64,000 bases of DNA from Amphiscolops sp. MND2022 (taxonomy: Eukaryota), in assembly GCA_964187785.1 (NCBI GenBank), contig OZ076413.1, positions 25,730,001 to 25,794,000 of the forward strand, written 5' to 3'. The translations under genes and the position numbers were made by a program. This document shows positions 12,892 to 24,667 of the stretch, one piece after another (the first letter of the stretch is position 1; the number at the start of each line of letters is the position of its first letter). A model generated the notes under the pieces. That model made no database searches. It saw nothing but the letters and a program-made list of their open reading frames with translations, and was not told where the DNA came from.

Positions 12892-15800
12892 CAGAGTTAC
12901 TACCAAGCGTTCACGAGTTGCACCTTTGGATTCATCCGATGACGAGAGTAGTGATGACTTGTTGTTTCTGCAGTTGCCCGAAACCGGTAGGTATCCGTTC
13001 TGTCATGGTCTTGCTAGTATAGTGTTATGGATATTGAGTACGAGGTATGTTTCTAGGTAGTACTCCCCTGTTGCCTGGTACTAGTGCTCCCAAGGAGTCT
13101 GGGGACGCATCTAGCGCCGCTGATGTCTGTGGAACTTCTGCCATTGTGAGTGGTGCCGCTACTTTGGATGCTGGGCAGTCTTCGGGAGCGCGTCGTGAAC
13201 GTACCCAACATACTCGGCCTAGTGTAGGTCTAGAGCGGTCTGTTCTCCACAATGAATGGGAGAAAGGTAATTTCTACTGACATTGGAAATTTTATTGTCA
13301 TCCTTCACATGTGCTTCTGTGCATGGCGTTTTCGGCTTGTGGCTCATCCTGGTTGTTGTTTTCAGCTGGTCTCGCAGATGTTCCTTCTGGGGCTGTGTGT
13401 CTGTCTGCATCGCAAGTGCTGGCATTTGGGCAGGCAGCTGTTAGACTGGAACGTAGTCAGAATCGGGAAAATTAGCGCATTTTATCGCGACGTTAGTGCT
13501 CTTTGTGGTTGAGTACGTTGGGTGTTTTGAGTTGTTCTATCACTTGGTCTGTTCCTGCACTGTTGATTGTCTTGTCCAAATGTATGTTTCGGTGTGTTAG
13601 TCGGTTTGTTTGCTTAGGTCTCACCGAAATCGTCCGCTTGTTGAAGTCGAAAGGAATCTACATGCAGTCCAAACCGTCCCAGATGGACGTGGAAGAGGAG
13701 ACTAAACGCCACTCTATGCCAAGCATGAGAGGAGAAAGCGCCGACAAGTGGAGCGTATTGTGTTGCGGAAAGAAATGGCTAGTCATGCCCTGCCACAGTT
13801 ATTTGTGAGCCGCCGATCCGACCGGAGCCCCAATGGGTTCAATTGTGCTGTGTGTTGTCGGGACGTGTCTTTCCTCAGTCGTGGTGAACCAGAGATTTGG
13901 CGTCACTTTACTCGCAAGAGCCATTTCGTAAAAGATCATCGCTATCGTTTGGACCACGAAGATGTACTCTTTACCACCCGGTTTGATGAGGTGCCTGTGT
14001 CTTCGATTTCTGCCGAGTTGCGAGCCGAGATAGAGAAAACTCCTGCTGTTGTCCTGGGGAAGAAAAATCCTTTCCTTTGATAGAAGATGAGGTCGATGCT
14101 CTAGTGGGGGTGGTGTCAAACGTTCCGTCGTCAACCCTAGTCGGAGGCTTGTTTGAGTTGCTTCGTAGTGGGGGGTCTCATCGTTTCCTGAGACGATTGT
14201 GGAGTCAGTTCCAGGCAGTCCTCCCTGTGGATTCTAGTTGTGCTCAAGCGACCTGGACGCAAACGATAGTGATCATTGGGCAAACTCTCTATCCGTGGAT
14301 TCTTCGCCGAGTTCAAGGATGGATAAAGGACTCGTTCTTCAGTGTGAGTTTGCGGGACGATCAGGATGGTCTACGATTTTACGTGCATTGTTTTGCAACT
14401 GGCACTCTACAGGAAGTTTGTGTCTTGTGGGAACCCAATTTACCAGGTCTCTGTGATTCCGAGATTGTTGGTCTGACTCGGGTGTTTGCCATCTTGCCTG
14501 CCGGACAGTCGCCTGTTTGCTTGCGAGGCTTTCCATCTACACTCTTCAATGTGGTGACTGAGTGGTGTGTCACACAGGGTCGACCTAGACCTGTGTTCGT
14601 TTCTGAGTACACTCCGAAGGTGTTCAAAGAGCATGTTCAGGAAGCGGGCAAGAATGGTTCGAGTGCTTTGGACTGCTTTTCTCTTCTCGAGTATTTATTA
14701 TTGCGCCTGCATCGTGCCCTGAATCAGTCCTGGCTGCTTGGACTTGCAACTTTGCGGCGTTGTGTTCAGCAGCGAGACATCCCCTTCTATTCTCTCAGTG
14801 TTGTTCTTGATGAGATCGTCAGTCACTGGGGGGATATTAAGCTGTTCTTGGGCGAAGGTGTTGTTGTTTCAACATCCCGGAGCAAGGTTCCGCAGGACTT
14901 GAGTCAGATGGTGATGGCTGATGACCAGATTTTGCCTCGACTTTGTGTACTTCAGGTGTTGGTTCTGTGCTTTATGGCCAATTTCGAGAAGCAATTCGTA
15001 GCTGAGATTACAGACTATAGTTGCCAAAATTACGCTGAATTCTGCTTCTTTTATTGGAGTTTGCTGAGCAAAGTTAAAAAATTGTCTGATCTGCCTGAAA
15101 TTGATGCCTGGAGCGATTATGTTGGCAAACCTTTGACGACCTGGCCGAACTTAGCATATGTGGAATGTCTGGCGGGAGAGCCCATTGTGGTGAAGGCACT
15201 GACTGGATGTACCGTTGCAGTACGCCGTTCCTTTCTTCGTGAAAGTCATTCTCTGCTTATGAGTTTCCTGAGAGTGGTGAATGAGTCTGCCTTCATGACT
15301 TCTCACCTTTCGTCAAGTTTGAGTTGTTTTTCGCCGGATATGTTACTCTTAGGCGAAGAATCATATGCTGTGGAGCTGTTTCGCGGTCTGGTTGCTTTTT
15401 ACCAAGAGTGTGGGCGGTTGACTGCTGTAGAAGCTGAAGGGTCCTGTAACGAATTCAAGTCGTTCTTGGTGGAGTTACGTCGGCGGAATCGTCGAATAGT
15501 GTCTACCATCAAAGACACTTTTAGTTTTATGCGAGAGTCCGAAGATTTCGGTTGTCGAGACCATTTGTCACGGGTTGTTCAATTGTCCTCAGTTCTGGTG
15601 GTGCCGCGCGAAGTGTCATATCCTGATGTGGACATCTCGTTGAGTGGTGTGGCTGTTCCATCGAAGCTTCTTACCTCAGCTATTCTGTCGGTGCAATCCT
15701 ACGTTTCATTCTCTGGTTTCAGTTCCGGGGAATTGTTAACAAAGGACTGTCTGGACGATCTGAAGGCCAATCTTCCTGCTGGGAAAAACTTTATTGATGA

Positions 15801-16557
15801 TGCTACTTTCTCTCCGTGGACTCCAGTGTATCAGCATTGTCACCAGGAGTTATACCGCAGCTTACGTGACTGTTTCGATGCATATTTTCTGGAGCGGATG
15901 GACGACTGGCGACATCGCTTAGGCACTTTGTAGAAATTGTCGGTTGCGGGAACTGGTGATTCGATTGTTTCTCCATCTGCTGAAGCTGCTGTTGCGATTC
16001 CTCAGGCCAGTTCGAGTGTGCTGTGTGATGCTGCCAGTACAAAAGGTGTTTCCCCTGGTACGCCACCTCCTTCTAGTGCTGTTGCCATTGATAAGTCGCT
16101 ACTGGTGTGCAGTCCTGTGCGGTCAAGTGACGTTACTCGGGTTTTGCAGCAGAGACGACAAGAACGTAAAGAGATGGCATCTTCGGGGCAGTCGCCTTCA
16201 AATGCTTCGAGAGACAAGAAGAGAGGGGGCAAGCGATGATGACTCCTTAGCTTGTTGAGACATTGGACTGTGTGATTTTCTCCAGTGCGTATTTGATTAC
16301 TGTTGGCTTTCTTTGGCCTCTTTGTTGTGTATTCATGTTTTTGAATGAGTGAAATTGTTAATCTCTTGTAGTTAGTGTGGAAGTAGAATCTAAAAAACTG
16401 ATATTCGTCCAATGTGGACGTGGAACATCTTGTAGTATATTTTGTTCCTTGTATTGTTTTTTTTCTAAGTTCGTAGTGAAGTCCGAGGGAAGTTGAGATA
16501 ATGTAGGTCAGTAGATGAGACGATTATCATTCCAAATAATTAAGTATATACAGGTTT

Positions 16558-19500
16558 TTATAAAATCGGGTCGGCATTCAGTGGGTTATAATACGCATAA
16601 TCTTTTTTCCAGTTTGATGGCGGGTTTGCTCGCAGATTGTATTTATTTTTTCGGGCGGAGCTCTGGGTCGGGGTGTCGTTTTCATTGGTATCAGGATTGG
16701 CGTTTAATGGGGCATCTCCTGGGTGTTCATCTGGGTTAGGTTCTAGGGGGAAGTCTCCTGGGCCGGTCATTGGGGTGTTCGTTTGGGTGGGTAGATCGTC
16801 GGGCGACTCTGGATTTGTTATTGTAGGTTCTGTTTGGAAGGGGGGGTCGTTGATGTGTAATCATTGAAATTTGACTGCCATGCCTGGGCGTATAGGTCGT
16901 CGTGGAAGACGTTTACTTCCTTGTCTGGTGTGTATTCTTTGGGTAAGACGGGTTTGTCTGGGAGTGATTTGTCGGTAGGGCATGGTTTCAGGCGAATCCT
17001 CTGTAGGATCTGTGTATAGTTTGTCTGCAGTTTTTGTATTAGGTAATTGTTGTTAGGGAGCACTTTGACAATAATATAGGGTCCTGTCCAGAGGTATTCT
17101 TTAAATGGGAGTTTGGTGCCCTGGTTATTCGCTTTTGGGTGTAGGGCGTAACAGTATTCGTTGATGTTGAGAGGGTGGGCGTTCGCTTTTTTGTCGTAAT
17201 ACTGTTTGTATCGCACGTATGACGTATCGCACATAAGTTTTTGTTCACCGCCTCCTTGATTTGCTGTGTTTTATGTAGAATGTCTTCTCCCATGTTCGTT
17301 GTCGTAGTTGTAGGTCGTTGATTTCGTATGCCGAATTTGAGATCCAACACGTTGTATGGGATCCTCCCGCAAAACACTCGACTGAGTTCGCATCCTAAGG
17401 AAGAGTGATACGATGTGTTGTAATTCAGCGTGGCGATGGCTACGTATTGGTGCCACATCGTCCGGCGTTCTCCTGTTGAGATTTTCAGCGATTCTTCTAG
17501 AGAGGCGTGGCTTCTTTCTAGCATTCCGATTGTTTGGGCATGTTTAGTGGTAGCGTGGCGGAGTTGTAAGCCCAGGGTCCTCGTCGCGTCGGCCATGACT
17601 TTAGACATAAACTGGGTGCCTTTGTCAGTGATGACCGTAGTAGGGAGGTAGGCGTGACGGGTCATGATGTCGACCAAGACTCGGGCTACTGTGGGGGCGT
17701 CCGTTTTGACGACGTTGTAGGTGAAGAGGTAGCGCGAGTAGACGTCCATCGCAGTGACAATCGCGTTATAGCCTCCGGAAGGTTCATCAAACGGAAAGAT
17801 GTCCATTTGGAGTGCATCTTCTGGGCCTAGGGCTAGTTTGGAAGTGTCTATCATTGGTGGCGTAATGGATCGTTTATCCGTTCGTTTGGTCTGCATGCAG
17901 TCAGTGCACCTGGAGATGTGGTGTGCTACTCTGGCTGCCATGCCTGGGTAATGGTACTTCTCTCTGCATTGCTGTATAACTTTGGCTATTCCGGGGTGCT
18001 TGTTGGCTTGTCCATGGTGTGCTAGGATGAAGGAGTCAACCAAATGTTCAGGTAGCAGGATTTGCAGGAATTTGACTTTCCCTGCATGGTCGTAAAACTG
18101 TCGGTATAACAGTCCGTCTTTTAGGATTATTCGGTTGGCTTGTGCGCTGTATTTGGATGAAGGTCGAGGAGGGACAGGAAGTCCGCGGCTGTGTTCATTT
18201 TGCCCGGCACGTGAGCAATGGTGAAGTGAAACTGAAGGACAAAATTGCACGCATTCCAGAGGGCCGGGGGAATGATTTTTGTTTGGAAGAAACGCGTCAC
18301 GGATTTATTGTCAGTGAGGACGACAACCGGTTTGGTTGATTCCCAAAGAATGTGGCTATACTCCATGAAAGCGAAGTAGATGGCCAGAAATTCTTTCGCG
18401 TAGATCGACATTTTGATTTGTGACGGGGAGAACATTTTTGACCCGAATGCCACCGGTGCGTAGGTTTTCCGGACCGAGCTGATTTTTTCTTCTGGGTTTT
18501 CTTCGATCAAGGGCGTAGCCCGCGTTTTTGAAGTTGGCGTCGGTCATGAGCACATATTGTCTGTTGGGCATGAGTTGTTTGTGCCACTAGCCGCAGGCAT
18601 TGTCCAATGATTTGTTGATGTTGGTGAAGGAATTCATGATCTCGTTTGTGATCTTGATGGGCTTCTCGGCCTTGATGAGCTCGTGAAACGGGGCTATCTT
18701 TTCGGAAAGGCGAGGGATGTAATTCCTGTAGTAGTTCACGAAGCCGATGTAGCGCTGGAGACCCTTTTTGGTCTTGGGAAAGTTCAATTTCTGTAAGTAG
18801 TTTTGAATCTTCTGGTCTTGTGGTGCGATTCCTTCCGGTGATACGGTCCGTCCAAGGAATTGAACTTCCTTGGCCCCGAACTGGCATTTGGCCATTGTCA
18901 AACGCAGACCTGCTTCGCGGACGCACTGGAAGACCTCTCGCAGGTTGGTCTTCAGCTCCTCGGCGTTGTGGGTGGCGATCCCGATGTCGTCAACGTACTG
19001 AGCAAATTTGTCAGCCTTGATGACTCGATCGAGATATTCTCTCATGAAGCTCGAGAAGGAGGAGAGGGACCTGCTGAGCCCATGTGCGAGTCGCAGGTAT
19101 GCGAATGTTCAACATGCGAAGTTCGGCTGGCGAAATTGAAAGCTAGTAGTTCTACCGACTTTTTGTCTGCCATTTGCAAGACGTGGTAAGCCTGGGAGCA
19201 GTTTAGCTTGCAAAATAACTTCTTTCCGGCAAGGTGTTGGGCAGCATCTGAGAGGGTGCTGACCGGATGGTTGTTATTCGTATAGTCGTCAGCTATCAGA
19301 TTATTGATTTTTCGGAGGTCGACTAACAATCTGAGGCGTCCGTTTGGCTTTCTTTGGGCAAATATGGGACTTGCATATTTGCTAAACGGTAGTGTGGTAA
19401 TGATGCCATAGTAATGCATCAATGCCAGTTCTACCGTGAGATCTTCTTTGAGGTTCACAGGGCAGGGCAGTCTCTGTGTGTAAGCCGGCTGATCGTTTTT

Positions 19501-21559
19501 CGGGGTCAGCTTTATTTTGAAGTCGTGGTTGACGCCTATGTCTAGGCGGTGACGGGAGAAGACGTCGTGGTATTCAACTAGAATGTTTTCTATGTCAGCT
19601 CGGTCTTGGCTATTCAGTTGGGAATCATCCCATTTAAAATTCTCGAGGAATTTTTGTCTGCTTTGAGGGCTTGTTGTTGGGTCTAGTTTTTGGATTTCCT
19701 CTAGTTCTTCAATTTCTCGGAGGATCCTTCTCTGGACGGGGGTGTGGGTTGATGGGTCTCCCGGGTTGTCTGGGGTTGGGAACCAGAACTGTTGGGAGAT
19801 CTCAGGTTTTTCTGTGGTTTTTAAGAGTTCGTTCACGTGTTCAAGCGCCTGTTCCGAGTCGTCCTCAGATAGGATTTTGAGCGCAGCGATGGGGATGGGT
19901 TTGATGTTCTTTGCTTCGTTGGGCGTTGTAATGTGAAATTCAGCTACCACTGTGTTCTTTTTGATGGTAAATGGGGTGGGTGAGGTGTTCGTGATCCGTA
20001 TGGGTATTTTCATTTCGTGGACAGTGGATAGGGAGCTAGCGATCACTATTGGTTTGTCTTCGGAATAGGCTGGTAGCGGGTGGATAGCGCCTGTGGTGTC
20101 TGCGATAGCTCTTATGTTGACTAGGGCTTCAACTGTGATGCATTGGTCATGGGCCAGAGTTGTTTGGTTGAGGATGGTCACCTTGTGTGGTTTCGTTGGT
20201 TGTTCCTCGGACACTGGGTTTATTGCGTATGTTAGATGAGGGAAATGGAGAAGTCCCTGGCTGGCGTCTAGGATGGCGCTGTTGGTTTTGAGGAAGGTGA
20301 GGCCGAGAATGGGGCCGTTGAGTTTACTGGCAACTTTAAATGTCTCTTTGAACGTCCAGTCGCCGATTTCGAACTGCACCTGGATAGTCTTGATCGGGGT
20401 TTCAATGTCGCCATTTGCGACCTGTAGTTTGAACGGCGGTGGATCAGATTCTTGTAAGAGATTGTTGGGGCTCATGGTTTTGAGTTTTTGGTACTCTTGT
20501 TCGGGCATGCAATTGACCAGAGCTCCAGAGTCAATGAGGGCGTCAATGGAAAAGTGTTGAAAATCCATCAGTGCGAATAGCATGCGTCTTTTCTGTTTGA
20601 GAGCAATTGCTGAAAATATTGGGAGGCATCGTTCTCCCGTTGGGTTGTTTGTGGTGGTGATGTTGACCAGCTGGTCTTCATCCAGTTGAATCAGTGGGTT
20701 AATGACATCTTTTTGGGTTTTTAACGGTTTGGGGTTTGGTTGCGGGTTTTGGTTGAATTCGCATGTCAGTGCCCGTTTGATCCGCCTTGCCTTTGGGGCT
20801 GTATTGGCGTTGGTTGTAATTGCAATATTGGTGGGAGGGTCCCCTGCTTTGTATGTAGTTGTCGGTCCTGTAATTGAATTTGCTGGATGAACAGAGTTTT
20901 TCTTTATTGGGAGTTCGGGGCTTTGGGGGGATGATGGCGATGACGTCATTGCAGCCCGGATTTCATTTGTGGGTGCCGGAACTCTTGTGGGTGACCCGTA
21001 TACGGTCGAGCTGGTGGTTTGTGGTTTGAGGATTGGTTTCAACGAAATTGTGGGGGGTGTGACGATAACTTGTATTTCCTCGTCTTGTTCTTCGGCGTTT
21101 TGTACGGGTGAATGACTGGGGTTGCCATCGTCTTTCCGCTTTGTGGTGTCCAGATTCATGTTTGTTTTCTTGGCGAATTCATGGAAGGATACGTTGATCG
21201 TCTCTTTGAAGGTTAGGGTTGTTTGGTCGTATAGGTCAGGGTTGTGGTAGGGATCGCAGTCATAGTCTGGGTCGAGTATGTAGGTGAGAGGAGTTGAACT
21301 GGGAGGAAGAGGGCGTCGGGTTGTATTGTAGAAATGAGGGTTTTCTTGATACTAATTCTGGATATTGCAATTTGTCAACGGTGGATTTGTTGAACTTGAT
21401 GAGGCGCCTTATGAGCCATCTCCGCTGCCAGTCGGTAGATGGTTCACCGGAACACTCTGCAAACATCTCTAAATCGTGGTCCTTCGGGGGTTCTGATGTT
21501 GTGTAAAATCGATAGTCGATGTAATCCCCGAAGCGAAGACGTGGCTTTAGGAGTTTTTT
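16558..21559 (-). pseudogene. pol: pol of element 2 (spacer-PR-RT-RNase H-integrase), a few frameshifts
   Basis: ALIDSGALVNC (protease), QRKPNGRLRLLVDLRKIN and AQYVDDIGIA (RT), DANFKNAGYAL and SIYAKEFLAIYFAF (RNase H), HPG..C..C, LQMD, VITDKGTQF, MLERSH (integrase). Confidence 0.95.
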
Positions 21560-22930
21560 GACTCCACATCTGGTGGTGCCATGATTTGTGGCTGCTGCAT
21601 CGGGATTGTTTGTGGTTGTTGTGTAATGGGAATGTTATTGGGGGGCGTTGTTGTAGGTGTTTTCCACCATGAGGGCGGTTTGCCCAATTCGCTCCTGAGA
21701 AGCAGTCTTTCGTTTCGTGGCTCATTTTGCCACATGTCTCGCAGGGAGTGGATTGGGTTGGAGCGTTTGTTTTTTGGGATCGTTTGTCCCTATTGGTTTT
21801 CCTGCAGTTTCGTAGAAGGTGACATGGATTGCCGCACCCAAAGCATGTTCCCGTTGTTCTGGGGGGTTGGTTTTGTTGTTGTTGTGAATTGGGTTCGATG
21901 TTGTGGGCTCCTGTGATTGAAGGACTGTCATTAGTAGCGAGTCCGTTGAGTTCGATTTCTCGCTCCAAGTGTTGTACCATTGTCTCGTACGACTCAGTTT
22001 CTAGTCTGGCCTGGTTTAGGACCTTCTTGAGATGTGGTGGCATTTTTGCATAGAAGGAGGTTTCTATGAATCAGGGGGCGTCCTCTCCATATGCTTCTTG
22101 TGCTAGTTTTTGGCACTGCTCCAAGAAGTCTGGGAAGGTTTGTTGGCTTGGGTTAAATGACAGATTTTCCCATTTGCATCGTGCAGTTGCCACTGAATGC
22201 TGTCTGACGTATCTCCGGCGGAAGCCTGCTAGGATGTCGTTCAGGTGTTCGCGTGTAGCTTCCGTCATGTTCCTGAAAGTTTGTAATGCTTCGCCTCTCA
22301 GGAGGGAGTGAAAGTAATGGATCTTTTCCTCCTCAGTTATATTCGGGTACACTTTGAGGCTTGTTTGGAAAAGGTCTTCAAAGTGCTCGAATTTGTCCGT
22401 TTTCCCGTCGAAGGTTGGCATTGTGGTGGACATGGCTTTTGGTAGCCTGGAGACCCCTGAGTTGTAGGTGGTTGCGGTTTGCAACGATTGTAACAGTTTA
22501 TCAATGATGTCATCGGGGTACCTCTGGTTTGGAGGTGGCAGACTTGATGATCGTTGATGGTTTTCGTGTTGGTTCGCTGAAACTCCTTGTTGGAACTGAC
22601 GTTCCTAGAGTTACTGTTAGATTCAAGATTTCCAAGTGGTTCGGGCTCGGTATCATGATGTAGAATTGAACCCGAGGGTTCTGTGGCAGAATTTGAGAGG
22701 TCATCTACTTTCGAAGTCAGGTTTTCGATCAACCTCAGAATTTCCCTCTGGCCAAATTCTGAGTCTCTTAATCTCTTGGATAGTCGATTTTCGATTTTGT
22801 TTGAAATATCCGAGAAATCTTGCTCGGTTAAATTAGTATTTTCATCCGAGACCTGGCTCGTTATCTCAGCGTTTTCCAAGCTACTACTTTGGTCGCTCCT
22901 AAGTTTCCTCTTTTGAGATTTCTCAGGCAT
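21547..22930 (-). pseudogene. gag: gag of element 2, ATG inside the 5' LTR
   Basis: MPEKSQKRKLRS (ATG 22928-22930); capsid-like MPTFDGKTDKFEHFEDLF; two knuckles CFGCGNPCHLLRNC and CETCGKMSHETKDC; frameshift at the PBS. Confidence 0.85.
21553..21559 (-). promoter_or_regulatory. -1 ribosomal frameshift slippery site A_AAA_AAC between gag and pol
   Basis: gag frame TCA AAA AAC TCC TAA; the -1 frame reads KKLLKPRLRFGDY into the pol frame. Confidence 0.75.
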
Positions 22931-24662
22931 TGTCGAAAAGTTACGATATTTGAACAAGTCAATTCGTCTGGTTAACGAGCGGGTGAACAATTCGGGAGTT
23001 TCCGGAACAAAGTTGTTTGGATACACAGATGCAATTTCAAATCCAAAGAAAACGTTCACAAATAAACAAAAGAGTACAATCAATAATCAGGGAACTCAAA
23101 ATTCAAAACTTGAAAATCACGAATCAAAGTCGAGCTCTTACGAAATCAAAGTAACAACATTGTGTCTTCCCTTTTCCCGCATCAGGTATATATACTTTAC
23201 GCTAGACACGCGGGATAAATCCCGCGCGTGAATTCACACTTTGTTCAGCTCGGCGTCCTTCCGAGGCAAGAAAATCCAAATTAGGTACGTTTCCTCGGGA
23301 CTCGGCCTTCGGTTTCATCTCACATTAAAGGAAAAGTGGGAATCAACTTCCTGCCGAAGTCCCAATTCCGCGTACCTTTCTTCTTCGTTTCCCGCCAATT
23401 CAAGACGCGGAACCGAAGTTAGCACTGAAATTCATGAACCTAGCTACTGACGCGGGAAAGGGAAATGAAATTTACATCGAAGAAAATGGAACTCTAAATA
23501 AAATAAATTGCACTAAATTGGGAAAACGGGATTTCAGGCAATACTAATCTCATCAACCGAACACAAAATGGTCAATTTCATGGAGTAATTCACTGATCAA
23601 AATTCTGGTCGAATACCAGGGCGTTATGTCAAGTTGAATTTCCGGAACACTTGACCGGATATCGAACACCATGAATTAGCACCGGGGGGAAAAATTAACA
23701 CAACTTTAATGGCTTCAGTAAGTATTATATGCCATTCAATCAATGATTGATCAGAATAAATTGATAATAAACACTTATCACAACGTAAGTATTGTTTTGC
23801 TCATTCTCAACTAAGCGGTTGCCCCGGCGGTCGTCCCGGGGTGGGGTATTAACAACACAGTAATATTTAAACAAAACACTGCACAACGAACGAAGTATTG
23901 CTTTGGTGGGAGGATCAGAACAAAGTAACTATATTAATTAACTTATGATTAATATTTTAATTAACACTTATGATTAATGCACATTAATATTGGTTATATT
24001 TGGTTGGTTGTCCGGTGGTTGTCCAATTTTTGGAAAGTAGAGATGGACGACCAGGCGGTTGACCTGAATAAAAAAAACAAATATTTTCATCGTTTAGTTC
24101 CTTCATTATTTCCATCGGTTATTTATCGGTGATTTGAGCTTCTTTGAGTTCTGTGTTCATATTAGAATAGTACAACATGTTATATAGTAATATTATTGCT
24201 TCGGTTATTTCAAGCGTGCGACCAGGCGCGCGTCCCAGCACTCGGTCGACTGGTAAGCTGCCTGGTATTGCTGTTCAGCTAGCGCGGTGTATTTGCGCTA
24301 ATCGCTGATTGGTCCAATGAAATTAGAATGACATTAGTCTGCTTTAGCTCCGTTGTTATTGTAGCAGTAAATTGATCAGCGTGCTGGCCGAGTTACTTTT
24401 GGTCGTTATGCTGGTCGCTTTACTGTAAACAAATCACACTAATGGCACTTTAATATTATTTAAGTATTTACATATTTATGTCTTTTAGATACTGCGCTGG
24501 GTTAATAATGTTTGTTGGATGATTTAAATGGATTGTTTGTTAAATGTTTCTTTCACGGTCAGGGATGTTCTTGTTCGGTCCTGTTCTGGGTGATTTCTCC
24601 ATTCCCTTCCTTTGGCGTTCTCCTTGTATTCAGTATTTCGCTGCTCCCTGAGGGCTGCGACA
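22588..24662 (-). repeat. 5' LTR of element 2 (~2.1 kb)
   Basis: Direct repeat of 8097-10120; TATATA at ~23186 upstream of the gag ATG. Confidence 0.95.
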
Positions 24663-24667
24663 GAAGG

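Larger units (their letters stand above)
10973..16239 (+). pseudogene. Antisense accessory gene of element 2: acidic N-terminus, CxxC..H..H zinc finger and hAT-transposase-like body; interrupted by a LINE, frameshifts and one stop
   Basis: ORFs 10973-11392, ~12897-13280, 13748-14080 (FNCAVC...IWRHFTRKSH), 14077-15933 (618 aa; KDSFFSVSLRDDQDGLRFYVHCF; SLSCFSP; EFKSF) and 15937-16239 (in frame after a TAG; basic tail RDKKRGGKR). Confidence 0.7.
8097..24662 (-). mobile_element. Full-length 16.6-kb Ty3/Gypsy LTR retrotransposon (element 2) with accessory ORFs and a nested LINE
   Basis: Direct repeats 8097-10120 and 22588-24662 with TG...CA termini (minus TGTCGCAGCC...GTTCCAACA); 5-bp TSD GAAGG at 8092-8096 and 24663-24667; PPT before the 3' LTR; gag-pol inside. 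Confidence 0.95.

Noticed and set aside
18142-22311. Many plus-strand 60-110 aa ORFs over gag-pol
   Set aside because: Antisense shadows of a real minus-strand coding region.
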